DNA from: a virus | Lineage: Duplodnaviria > Caudoviricetes | Length of the DNA: 63,823 nucleotides | Strand: one strand, 5' to 3' | Virus record (IMG/VR): IMGVR_UViG_3300020034_000013 | Coordinates: 1 to 63,823 of that record | Part shown: positions 28,588-37,898 of the stretch, piece after piece | How positions within the stretch are numbered: the first letter of the stretch is position 1 | How the letters are laid out: every line of letters starts with the position of its first letter | Position numbers and translations under genes: made by a program | Notes under the pieces: model-generated | Database searches by the model: none | Seen by the model: the letters and a program-made list of their open reading frames with translations, nothing else | Told to the model about the DNA's origin: nothing

Positions 28588-29166
28588 ATGCCCCTAACAG
28601 GTACAGGTCCCATTTTGGGTGTAGCCATGGCTGCGGGAGCAGGATCTGTAGATGCTCCTGGCATCGCTGCCTGGATTGGCGTCGGCGACGCTATCGCAAC
28701 GTGGATGCCAGCGAACCTCACAGTGCTCCCGGGTGCAATGGTGGCGGCGGGAGTCGCGGTTGGTGGCTTCGGTCTATATTCGGCAGCAGCTGCACCCACT
28801 CTAGGGGTTGCTATGGCCGCTGGTGCGGGCTCCGTCGATGCTCCTGGCATCACTGCCTGGATAGGGGTCGCTACCGCCCTCGTGGCGCACGTTGTGGCCT
28901 TCGGCCAGGCCAACCCCAATGCCTTCGTAGCCAATCCTCTAGGCGGCCCAGTAGTGGGCGCGGGGCAGATGCAGTTCACGAACCCCGCCGCAGGCCCCGC
29001 ACTCGCCGCCGGAGCAGGATCTGTAGATGCTCCTGGCATCGCTGCCTGGACAGGGGTTGGCACCGCCATTCTTACACACATGGCCGCCAATACAATAGTG
29101 CTTTCCCTCGGTTTCACCAGCCCTCCGGGCGGCGGTCCTCTCGTAGGCACCGCTCATATCTTGTGA
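28588..29166 (+). CDS. triple-repeat baseplate-associated protein
   Basis: Three copies of AAGAGSVDAPGI.AW.GV..A. Confidence 0.7.
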   Translation: MPLTGTGPILGVAMAAGAGSVDAPGIAAWIGVGDAIATWMPANLTVLPGAMVAAGVAVGGFGLYSAAAAPTLGVAMAAGAGSVDAPGITAWIGVATALVAHVVAFGQANPNAFVANPLGGPVVGAGQMQFTNPAAGPALAAGAGSVDAPGIAAWTGVGTAILTHMAANTIVLSLGFTSPPGGGPLVGTAHIL

Positions 29167-29172
29167 GCAATC

Positions 29173-29637
29173 ATGCCCGGCGCAGGTAATTCTTCAGCAG
29201 GAAACACGGATGCAGGGTTCGGGGATATCAACTTCGCTGTCATTCCCGGCGCCGATGTCTTTAGGGACCCTTTTAGTACGAAACATCTCTCCTCTCGTCG
29301 GATCGATCCCAAGACGAGAGATTACGTGATCAATGCCACTGGGCAAATTCTTGGCATGACCCGCGCTCAGCAGTTTGTTGAGCTCGCCATGGGTACCGAC
29401 AAAGGGTCTTGCGTTCTTTCGGATGTGGGACAGCAACTTCGTCGGATCCAGAAGATCACGAGTAACTTCGTGACCCAGGTCACCTCGGAGATCCGCTCCG
29501 CCCTATCGGAAGGTGTGAACGAAGGACTCATCTCCATTACGGCGATCACGGTCCTGCGCACGGGAACTACCGGCGCTTACGCAAACATCCGTTGGACTGA
29601 CCTCACCAACTTCGAAGAGAACGAGACCAACATCTAA
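29173..29637 (+). CDS. baseplate wedge / sheath initiator (gp25/gp46-like)
   Basis: Synteny; GQQLRRIQKIT, IRSALS..V.EG.I. Confidence 0.7.
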   Translation: MPGAGNSSAGNTDAGFGDINFAVIPGADVFRDPFSTKHLSSRRIDPKTRDYVINATGQILGMTRAQQFVELAMGTDKGSCVLSDVGQQLRRIQKITSNFVTQVTSEIRSALSEGVNEGLISITAITVLRTGTTGAYANIRWTDLTNFEENETNI

Positions 29638-31163
29638 TGTCTGCCGACCTTTTCACCTTCTCCGTCCCCGACCCCGAAGAGATCCGCGATGGCTTCCTTC
29701 GTACGATCAAGGCAGGTCTCATCCAGCGTGGGGTGCTCAACCCAAACGTTAGCGCGCAATCCGACTTCTACGTCGAAGCTACGGCGTTCTCCAACGAAGC
29801 CTCTGTTGTCCACGGTAACACTGTCGTCAAGGCTGACGAGATCTTCCCTGACACTGCTCCGGCGGGGGATGCCCTTATCCGGGCCGGTGCGAGAGTGGGC
29901 GTGGAGCCCAGAAATCCGGCGGGTTCTTTTGGCAGCGTGGTTTTGAACTGTACTGCATCCACTACGATTGCACTCGGACAGCAGCTCATCGACCCGTCTG
30001 GTTTGATCTACGAGGTCACCGTCGGGGGGCTGTACAACAATGGAGACCAGGTTCCCATACAGGCAGATGCCGCCGGTGCGAGTACCAACCTCCCTGAGGG
30101 TACGTCCCTTCGTTGGCAAACAGCCCCTCCGTTTTCCGCGAGCGCGGCACTTGTCGGTCTCGGAGGTCTCATCAACGGTACAGACGTCGAGAACCCCGAA
30201 GCCTTTCGCGCTCGCGTGCTCTCAAACTACCAGAATCCACCGGGCAATGGCAATCCGCAGCATGTCATCAACATCGCGGAGCAATCTTCTCCGAGCGTTC
30301 AAAAAGCGTTTGTGTATCCGACCATCCAGGGTCCAAGCACGGATCATGTTGCGGTCTGTGCAGCCCCGACGGCGACCAATCCGAGCAGGGAAATCAGCTC
30401 CACGCTCATGGCTGGAACAATCGTGCCCTACATCCAAGGAGCGCTCCCTACCCGCATCTTCACGACAATCACCACGGTCACCGATGTCTTCGTGACTTGC
30501 GCCTTCGCAGTGGCATTGCCCAGTGCACCCACGGGCTCCCCTCCCGGTCCGGGCGGAGGGTGGCTGGATGGTACACCGTTCCCTCAGATCAACCCGACAG
30601 CAGCTATCTATTCGGTGCCAACAACGGCGGTGCTAGCCAGCAACCGGTTCACGATCGCCGCCCCTGTAGTTGCCCCTACGGTAAACGTCTCACGCATAGC
30701 ATATTTCTCTTTTACACAACAGAGACTTTACAAAGCTACTGTCATCGCGTACGATACACTTACCCACGAAATTACCATCGACACCCCTTTCGTAGGTATC
30801 AACGCAGGCGATTTGATTTTCCCCCAGAGCGCAAACCAAGAATTATACATCGCGGCTATCAAAGCTGGGTTCGAGCTCATGGGACCCGGAGAAAAGTCGA
30901 CCAATACCTCCGTGCTCGTGAGAGGGTTCCGCCATCCGCCTCCCGTCACTTCCTGGCCTAGCGGCATGGGACCTAACCTCCTGAGAGCTATCACGGATGC
31001 AGGAGAGGAAGTTGGGGCAGCGCAGTATGCCTTTCGGTATGATGGGATCACTACGAATACTTCTTCGGGCGGTACGTTTTATCCGGCTGTCCCCGTTGTC
31101 GTAACAGATCCTCCTAATCTTTTCGTTCCCTTCAGAATCGGTATCTACCCGATCTCCTCATAA
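29637..31163 (+). CDS. baseplate J-like wedge protein
   Basis: IFPDTA, GASTNL, GTDVE..EAFRARV, PPGNGN, AFVYP. Confidence 0.92.
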   Translation: MSADLFTFSVPDPEEIRDGFLRTIKAGLIQRGVLNPNVSAQSDFYVEATAFSNEASVVHGNTVVKADEIFPDTAPAGDALIRAGARVGVEPRNPAGSFGSVVLNCTASTTIALGQQLIDPSGLIYEVTVGGLYNNGDQVPIQADAAGASTNLPEGTSLRWQTAPPFSASAALVGLGGLINGTDVENPEAFRARVLSNYQNPPGNGNPQHVINIAEQSSPSVQKAFVYPTIQGPSTDHVAVCAAPTATNPSREISSTLMAGTIVPYIQGALPTRIFTTITTVTDVFVTCAFAVALPSAPTGSPPGPGGGWLDGTPFPQINPTAAIYSVPTTAVLASNRFTIAAPVVAPTVNVSRIAYFSFTQQRLYKATVIAYDTLTHEITIDTPFVGINAGDLIFPQSANQELYIAAIKAGFELMGPGEKSTNTSVLVRGFRHPPPVTSWPSGMGPNLLRAITDAGEEVGAAQYAFRYDGITTNTSSGGTFYPAVPVVVTDPPNLFVPFRIGIYPISS

Positions 31164-31172
31164 GGATACCCC

Positions 31173-31667
31173 ATGGCAGGTCTACCCGGCATCGACGACA
31201 TTGACTCCTACGGAGGGGTTTTCATCAACTACTCCCCGATCGAGGATCCCCAAACCGATCTTGACGCCGGGTTCTTCAACCTGATTTCGAGTAACGTAGC
31301 CGGGATGACACAGACCGCATGGCGTGCGATCGTGCGCGTGCAAATGAACGGAGCTGCCGCACCCACGCTACTGCAACATTGGGCAGTCTGGGGCAATGGT
31401 CCTTCTGTCGCACCTACGCTGGTGCGATCTGGCGTTGGAGCTCTCCAAGTGATCTGGCCCTCTACAGTAGTGGATGCCCTTGTTCAGACGAAGTCTGTAG
31501 CTTTCCGCGATGCATCCTTGCAGATGCGAGGTTTGCAGGCCATCAAACTGCACCCCATCGTCGACTTCCCGGTCAGCCCCAACCAAGTGTTCTGCTACTT
31601 CTTCACATCAGCGGATGCTGCGAGCGATGGTACCACCGGGCAGCAGTTTACGCTGTTTGTGAGCTAA
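31173..31667 (+). CDS. baseplate/tail protein
   Basis: Synteny; AAGGA RBS. Confidence 0.6.
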   Translation: MAGLPGIDDIDSYGGVFINYSPIEDPQTDLDAGFFNLISSNVAGMTQTAWRAIVRVQMNGAAAPTLLQHWAVWGNGPSVAPTLVRSGVGALQVIWPSTVVDALVQTKSVAFRDASLQMRGLQAIKLHPIVDFPVSPNQVFCYFFTSADAASDGTTGQQFTLFVS

Positions 31668-32392
31668 TGTTCGGCGGCCTTCGATCCTCCCCTTGGCGGT
31701 TTGGCGGGGGGCAAACGCAGCTTGAGATCCTTCTAATCTCGCTGAACAATGCGATGGGGACCGCCTACACGACGGATCAAACCTCCGTGGTATACCTCCG
31801 AAACTTGGCGATGGCGAAAGTCATTCGGCAGATGCTCTCTTCTAATCAGAGACTCGCCAATCAAGGAGACCCCAACAAGCTCTCAACACTTCTCTCTCGA
31901 TGGGAGAAGATCATGGCGCTCCCGATAAATCCCGATCTCTCTGATACAGAACGTCGCTTGAGGGTCTCAAAACTCATTGCTCGATTCGGAGCCGTCGAGA
32001 CCTATCAATATGTCACGGACACTCTTACCCGTGAGTTGGGTCCTGTCTTCGTGAGTTTGGAGTTCATCGATGTCTCTCTTGCTCTTATCGGTGTTCCCGA
32101 TGGGTCTTACCCCTACGGCAGCGTATTCCCGGGTAATCCGTGGTTCTCTACGGTGGACCATATCCTTATCCGACTGCAAAAACCTGCAGGATACAATGAA
32201 GCGCAGTTCTACGAGGCGGCGGGCAAAGTGGGTCTCATTCTGGACCCGATCCTCCCAGTATGGAACACGTTCGATTGGTATCGTGCGCCGGAACCTGGAC
32301 CGCCGATAGATATGTCCCCCGAAGGACCTACGGCAGCCGGCTTCTATCTCGATCAAGAACACAACCTCGATAACAACATTCTGGACGTATAA
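31667..32392 (+). CDS. baseplate wedge protein (Mu gp48-like)
   Basis: LLSRWEKIMAL....ERR, ILP.W; TAATG coupling. Confidence 0.75.
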   Translation: MFGGLRSSPWRFGGGQTQLEILLISLNNAMGTAYTTDQTSVVYLRNLAMAKVIRQMLSSNQRLANQGDPNKLSTLLSRWEKIMALPINPDLSDTERRLRVSKLIARFGAVETYQYVTDTLTRELGPVFVSLEFIDVSLALIGVPDGSYPYGSVFPGNPWFSTVDHILIRLQKPAGYNEAQFYEAAGKVGLILDPILPVWNTFDWYRAPEPGPPIDMSPEGPTAAGFYLDQEHNLDNNILDV

Positions 32393-32394
32393 TT

Positions 32395-33741
32395 ATGGCT
32401 ATCACGCGCAGTAAGACCCCCGATTGGTCAGTCGGTGAAAAGCTGACATCCGCCCAGCTCAATGCTCTCGATCTGAACACGACCTATGGCCTCGACAGGC
32501 GTAGCGGGCAGTCGGACAACCTGGCGAGCGTCGTATCGGCGACCGCGGGCGGGAGGATTATCCCCTCTAACACGTCAGTGCCGGATGCTGACATGACATA
32601 CAATATGTCGAATGGCATCTCTTTCGTGCGGATCGACGCGCTGAGCACCGATAGAACGTACACGTTCTCGAACACGGGAGCTGCAGTGGGCGACCGTGTA
32701 TGCCTTGAATGGGGCTCGGCCTCTGGTGCCTCGGCGATCATCAAGAACGCGGGCGGAACTACGCTCATCCAGCTCGGAGATGGTACTGATCCCAGTGACG
32801 ACGGGACATACGCGGAAATCGTCTTCAACGGAGGGTTCTGGCGGCTTGCGAACTATACGACCGGGTCCCGTTTGCATGTCGTGACATTCCTCACCAGCGG
32901 CTCTTGGACCTGCCCTCGTGGCATCACGCAGGTAGACGTCGAGATCTATGGAGGCGGAGGGGGCGGAGGGGGAGCTTCGGGGTTCACTGGGACTTCCGTT
33001 TGGTCCGGAGGGGGAGGCGGTGGCGCAGGCAGCACCATGAACCGAAGGACCGTCGATGTCTCACCTGGCACCACGTATGTCTATACCGTAGGCACCGGAG
33101 GGGCGGGGGGAACGGCATCCGCAGGCGGCACGGCCGGCAACGGCGGAGCAGGCAATGACAGCGTCTTCGGCGGCGGTCCCTTCCTAGCTTACGGCCGAGG
33201 AGCCGGGGGGGGCAAAGGCGGAACTTCCTTGGCCACGAGCTCTCTTGGCGGCGGCATGTCCAGAGGCGGCACCACCGCGAACACACTCCCCCCAGCCGAC
33301 TTCTGGATCTTCTCTACGGTTGCTGCAGCCCAGAATTTCTACACCAGCCGCCAGTTTGGCGATGGTGGATTTGGGGAACTGTCAAACACTTACGACGGCC
33401 AATGGTACGCCTCTCTGTGGCAGGGCATGAGCTCTGTCGCGGGGTTTATAGGTGGATCTGGACATATCGCAGGCAGCAACTCTGGCTCCTACCAAGGAGG
33501 CTCCTCTGGTGGAGGCGGTGGTGGCGGGCCCAGCGGAGCTGGTGGAGCGGGTGGTAGCGGCGGTAATGGCAACAACGGCGGCAATGGGTTCGGCGGAACG
33601 GCTGGGGGTGCGGGTGCCGCGAACACCGGGGCGGGAGGGGGCGGAGGCGGTGCGGCAGGCTGCGGCACCGGAGTTGCTATCCTGGGGGCCGTCGGAGGTG
33701 CGGGCGGCAGCGGCCGAATCCGCCTCTTCTACACTAAGTGA
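32395..33741 (+). CDS. glycine-rich tail fibre protein
   Basis: F.TSGSWTCP.G...V.V..YGGGGGGG...GGAGGSG.IRL glycine-rich domain. Confidence 0.8.
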   Translation: MAITRSKTPDWSVGEKLTSAQLNALDLNTTYGLDRRSGQSDNLASVVSATAGGRIIPSNTSVPDADMTYNMSNGISFVRIDALSTDRTYTFSNTGAAVGDRVCLEWGSASGASAIIKNAGGTTLIQLGDGTDPSDDGTYAEIVFNGGFWRLANYTTGSRLHVVTFLTSGSWTCPRGITQVDVEIYGGGGGGGGASGFTGTSVWSGGGGGGAGSTMNRRTVDVSPGTTYVYTVGTGGAGGTASAGGTAGNGGAGNDSVFGGGPFLAYGRGAGGGKGGTSLATSSLGGGMSRGGTTANTLPPADFWIFSTVAAAQNFYTSRQFGDGGFGELSNTYDGQWYASLWQGMSSVAGFIGGSGHIAGSNSGSYQGGSSGGGGGGGPSGAGGAGGSGGNGNNGGNGFGGTAGGAGAANTGAGGGGGGAAGCGTGVAILGAVGGAGGSGRIRLFYTK

Positions 33742-34134
33742 TCATTCTTTCGTGAGCTCGATATCGTAATCCGAAGAACACGAGTCCGTTTCATAGTGGA
33801 TAAAACCGAAGCCGGTAGACCAATCATCGCTCCAACGGACGTCCTCTTCGGTTTTCCACTCGGGGCACTGCATAGTGAGAGTCACGCCACAGGCATTGTA
33901 GTCGCGTGTACCCTCTCCAGTGCATTCCTTCTCCATTACGAGAGATCCGTCTTTCCAGGTTTGCTCTGGGATGTGGCTCTTGTCGAGAGGGCACGTGCTC
34001 CCAACCCGAGGGTGGAGAGTGAGAAGATACGTAGCCTTACCCTTCGGGTAGGCGCACGAGAAATCCAGGTCCGGCGGGGCACAACCCGAGAGCAAGAACT
34101 CTACGCATACGACTGCGAAGACGAAGAATTTCAT
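33742..34134 (-). CDS. Cys-rich moron lipoprotein (family member 2)
   Basis: LLSGC lipobox; own promoter TTGACT-N16-TAAAGT at 34155-34182 and GAGGAG RBS. Confidence 0.75.
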   Translation of the reverse strand: MKFFVFAVVCVEFLLSGCAPPDLDFSCAYPKGKATYLLTLHPRVGSTCPLDKSHIPEQTWKDGSLVMEKECTGEGTRDYNACGVTLTMQCPEWKTEEDVRWSDDWSTGFGFIHYETDSCSSDYDIELTKE

Positions 34135-34188
34135 ATCTGTCTCTCCTCAGGGAGACTTTAGCCACCCTCTTGTAAGAGTCAATACCCT

Positions 34189-37101
34189 ATGGCCGCTTCA
34201 CCTCTGTGTCTTGTAAATGGAGGTTCCACCACCAACGGAACCAATGTCACGGCTGGAAGCCTAGTGACCATAACTCTGCAAAGCTCTGCGGGTGTGGACC
34301 TTTGGCAACTCCTATGTGTCGGCACCGACGACACGCTTACGGCTGCTGCGATCAACGCCAGCCTGACCGTCAACTACGTCACCAAGGTCGCGACCTTCAT
34401 CGCGCCTTCGCCCGATCCAAAGACGATCATCTTCCAAAGCAAGGTCAACAACGGGATCAAAAATCCCGTGGACGGTGTCGTTGACCCCAATCTCACGACT
34501 ACATTCGGAGTATACGTCGCCACCGACAACGAGGAACGTGTCGCTGCTGTCAACGAACGCACGGAAGGATCGGTAAATTACGGGTGGGTCACAGTACTCA
34601 ATAATGCACTCCGTAATGGGGGTGGTGGAGGCGGTGGTGGCACTATCGTCCGCACGGCTCTTGTGGCAACTGCAGTGGTCGCCGGAGATGTCATCACGTC
34701 TGCGAGCACCCTCGGCGGCACTACAGTAACAAAAGCAACTACAGCAGCACTGGCCCTTGGTAATCTGCCTACAGGTATCGCTCTCACGCCGGCAATTCCG
34801 CCCCTCGGCATCACAACCTTCGCGGGTATGGGCGATCGTGTGCCTGCAGCCACTATCGGTCTTGGCGCAGGAACAGCTACGTGGGGGATCGTGAATGCTA
34901 CGGGCCGCGTAGTCCGGAGGGACCCTCCGGTGATCGGGGACATCGTCGCTGGCGTAGTTGACACCTTGGGCAATCTACTCGTTCTCCCATTCATCTGGAG
35001 CTTGAATGGCGTCCAAGCTGCACTCGCGCCATACAAAGCGAATAACGACAATACGGCAGACGCGCAGCCTGTGTTGCAGGCGGCTATCGACGCGACATAT
35101 CTTCTTCCTGCTTCCGTAGGTCGTTCCGATGCGGCGAAGACACTAAAGCTTGGGGAGGGGTTCTATCGCATAGATCATCCGTTGCATCTCCATACCAGTG
35201 GCATCCACATGATGGCCGACGGCGATGAGACAATGAGCATCCAGGCGCGCAACTATATCGGCCCTGCCATCTGGGTTTGTCCGTATACCGATCTCCTACC
35301 GATGGTTGCCAATACATCAGGGAGCGGTGGCAATGCTGCGGTAATCAAGACGGAGATAAATCGCTTCCTCGAGAAATTTATCGAGCTGCGTAAGTATGGC
35401 GCCGGCCTTGAGATACACGGAAGAAACCAACTGGAGATCCGTTTCGTGTACAAACGCTCGGCCATGGCAACGAACGGAGGGAGTTTTTTGGCCTCATATG
35501 GAGGCAGGAATTCCGACGAACCCGCCCAGGGCGCATTCAGCATTTATATGAATGATTCGGCAGCAGGAACGCCATTCGCAATCCAGTTCAACCTTTTCAC
35601 GACTGTTGGTGGCCAACATGTCCTGCAAACTCCAGCGAACTCGTTCACTTTAGATAACTTATGGCATGAAGTCTGCTGCTCTTGGGACGGCGCGACGGCC
35701 CGTATTTATATCGACGGTGTCCTTCAAGCTCCCGTTGGAGATCCTGCAGTAGGAGGGACACTCATCCAGTACGATTGGGAGACGACGCAATTCGGAGGGC
35801 GCTGCCTTTCCTCGAACTTTGGGCGCAATCCCATTACAGGCAATGCAGATGGTCTGTGTGCATGGCTCACGATTCAAGACATAGCTGAACATACCCCCGC
35901 GCTCTTCCCTGCTGGATACACGCCAAATTTCGCTGTCAAGCCCACGTGGAATGTGAACACGCGATGGCATTGCGACTTCAATAACAACTTCGGCGCGTTC
36001 GTGGGGGCCACTTCACGGCCATTCACAGATTCCACCACGCATATCGTGACGTGGCTGCCAAGCCATAACGATAACTACTTCGCGGGCGGCAAGCTGATGA
36101 CAGCAGTCAACTTCTCTAAGATGACTGTCTTTAGTGCCTACGGGCCGGCGCTTGAGATGGACAACAACAACAATTGCCTCGTCGAGAAATGCACATTCAA
36201 CGGCAAATGGGGCCTCATAGCATCCAATGTATGCTATTCCTCTACATTCAGGGATATCAAGTGTACTTCGACTCCAACTAATACCGCTCCTCAAGCCGGC
36301 ATTTTCCTGGGGGATTCCTGCTACTACACATCGACGTATGACATTCAGATCATTGGCTACCGATACGGTTGGCAGACGTTGAGTGAGAGTTTTCTGTCCG
36401 GTAAGAGCTACATTCTTGGTAATGGCGTAGGCATTTATTCCAGTGGTGGGACGCTCAACATTGCCGGCTCTCACGGGCTTTCTGACGAAGGTTGGACCAA
36501 CGTAAAGACACATGTCATGCTGAACGGAATCGTCAACGCCAACATTCAGGGCATCACGTCCGTCGGCGGAACGAACCCGCAGCAGGTTAGCGTTGACAAC
36601 CTTGGGTTTGGCCCGGGTGTAGGTGGCAGCCAAAGCAAGGTTTCATTCCGGTCATGCATGTTCGGGATGAATTCTGGTGCCCCAGGATGCTTCCTTGTCC
36701 GAGGCGGATTTGCTACCGCAGCTACAGCATTCATCGATGTGGAGTCGTGCACTAAGTATGACCGCACTGCATTGTGGTACCACACAAGTACACCAACAGC
36801 AGCACGTGTCACGTTCGCCCACGAAGGTAGGACCGGCCGCGTCCCGCTGGCGATGACGGATGCAGATTACACGGTGAGCCGTGAGGACTGGATCAACTAT
36901 GCAGTAGTCTTCACCGGAACTCTTACGGCGGCTCGCACGGTGACTTGCCCTGCGGCCAACACGGGCCCGCGAGCTATCAGTAATCTTACCGGACAGACCT
37001 TGAACCTAAAGGCAGCTGGCGGTGCGGTCACGATCTCACTGTCTGCTGGAGCGTCCGGCATCTTCAACAGTACAGGGACAGAGCTGTACCTACTCTCATA
37101 A
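34189..37101 (+). CDS. tailspike / receptor-binding protein (beta-helix with inserted LamG-like domain)
   Basis: D....LQAAID, LGEGFYRIDHPL (pectate-lyase-3-like start), WHEVCCSWDG..ARIYIDGVL (LamG-like), C-terminal FTGTLTAARTV. Confidence 0.8.
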   Translation: MAASPLCLVNGGSTTNGTNVTAGSLVTITLQSSAGVDLWQLLCVGTDDTLTAAAINASLTVNYVTKVATFIAPSPDPKTIIFQSKVNNGIKNPVDGVVDPNLTTTFGVYVATDNEERVAAVNERTEGSVNYGWVTVLNNALRNGGGGGGGGTIVRTALVATAVVAGDVITSASTLGGTTVTKATTAALALGNLPTGIALTPAIPPLGITTFAGMGDRVPAATIGLGAGTATWGIVNATGRVVRRDPPVIGDIVAGVVDTLGNLLVLPFIWSLNGVQAALAPYKANNDNTADAQPVLQAAIDATYLLPASVGRSDAAKTLKLGEGFYRIDHPLHLHTSGIHMMADGDETMSIQARNYIGPAIWVCPYTDLLPMVANTSGSGGNAAVIKTEINRFLEKFIELRKYGAGLEIHGRNQLEIRFVYKRSAMATNGGSFLASYGGRNSDEPAQGAFSIYMNDSAAGTPFAIQFNLFTTVGGQHVLQTPANSFTLDNLWHEVCCSWDGATARIYIDGVLQAPVGDPAVGGTLIQYDWETTQFGGRCLSSNFGRNPITGNADGLCAWLTIQDIAEHTPALFPAGYTPNFAVKPTWNVNTRWHCDFNNNFGAFVGATSRPFTDSTTHIVTWLPSHNDNYFAGGKLMTAVNFSKMTVFSAYGPALEMDNNNNCLVEKCTFNGKWGLIASNVCYSSTFRDIKCTSTPTNTAPQAGIFLGDSCYYTSTYDIQIIGYRYGWQTLSESFLSGKSYILGNGVGIYSSGGTLNIAGSHGLSDEGWTNVKTHVMLNGIVNANIQGITSVGGTNPQQVSVDNLGFGPGVGGSQSKVSFRSCMFGMNSGAPGCFLVRGGFATAATAFIDVESCTKYDRTALWYHTSTPTAARVTFAHEGRTGRVPLAMTDADYTVSREDWINYAVVFTGTLTAARTVTCPAANTGPRAISNLTGQTLNLKAAGGAVTISLSAGASGIFNSTGTELYLLS

Positions 37102-37122
37102 TTCCCCGTAACCAGGTGCAAT

Positions 37123-37878
37123 ATGCCTATTCCTCGTGGACTGATCAATCGTATGCGTCTTGTGGGTTCGGGAGCTGGATATACCCCCGCCAACCTGCCC
37201 TCTCTTGTAGCTTGGTGGAGGTCTGATCAGGGCGTATCTCTCGACGGCTCCAACCTCGTTCAGTCCTGGACGGACCTTTCTCCTAGTGCTTGGGTGGCCT
37301 CACAGGCCACCGCGGGCACTCGCCCGGCCGTCAACGCAACGGGTATCAACGGCAAACGATCGGTAGTTTTTACGGGCAGCAAGGTCCTCACGAATGCTCT
37401 CAACAACATCGTGACCGCTGGCAGTTCTTACAGTGTCTTCATTGTTGGCAAGACGGGTAACGGCGCCCCGATTTCTTTTAGGACATCTACGGTATACGAG
37501 ACAATGCTGCTGTTCCAGCCTGGCGGCATATATTTCGTCTATGGCGATGGGGTGAATTCATCCGCTAATATCACCATCGCAACCGCTGTCACAGAGACCA
37601 ATGGGGTGAACCCGTTCAAGAGCTGCCACCGTTTCACGGGCATCGCGGATAATCCTGGTGTCTGGATCAACACCACGCAGCGGGCGATCACAAGTGGTGG
37701 CACCACGCATCAATCAACGCCAACGGGAGCCACCGGGTTCATGATCGGGTCTTCTCCTGCGCCGGGCAACCAGTTCTGGAACGGGCATATCGGCGAAATA
37801 ATCATCACGTCCAGCGCAGTGTCTCCTGCAGATAGGCAGGCCATCGAGGCGTATCAAGCTTCTTACTGGGGTTTTTAG
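37123..37878 (+). CDS. LamG/ConA-like lectin domain virion protein
   Basis: LVAWWRSD.GV, V.SW.DLS, RP....ING, WNGHIGEIII, IEAY. Confidence 0.8.
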   Translation: MPIPRGLINRMRLVGSGAGYTPANLPSLVAWWRSDQGVSLDGSNLVQSWTDLSPSAWVASQATAGTRPAVNATGINGKRSVVFTGSKVLTNALNNIVTAGSSYSVFIVGKTGNGAPISFRTSTVYETMLLFQPGGIYFVYGDGVNSSANITIATAVTETNGVNPFKSCHRFTGIADNPGVWINTTQRAITSGGTTHQSTPTGATGFMIGSSPAPGNQFWNGHIGEIIITSSAVSPADRQAIEAYQASYWGF

Positions 37879-37898
37879 TTCTAACTTTGGGAAACTAC

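Noticed and set aside
19946-32392. Tailocin or extracellular contractile injection system
   Set aside because: Terminase, portal, capsid and replication genes are all present, so this is a phage.
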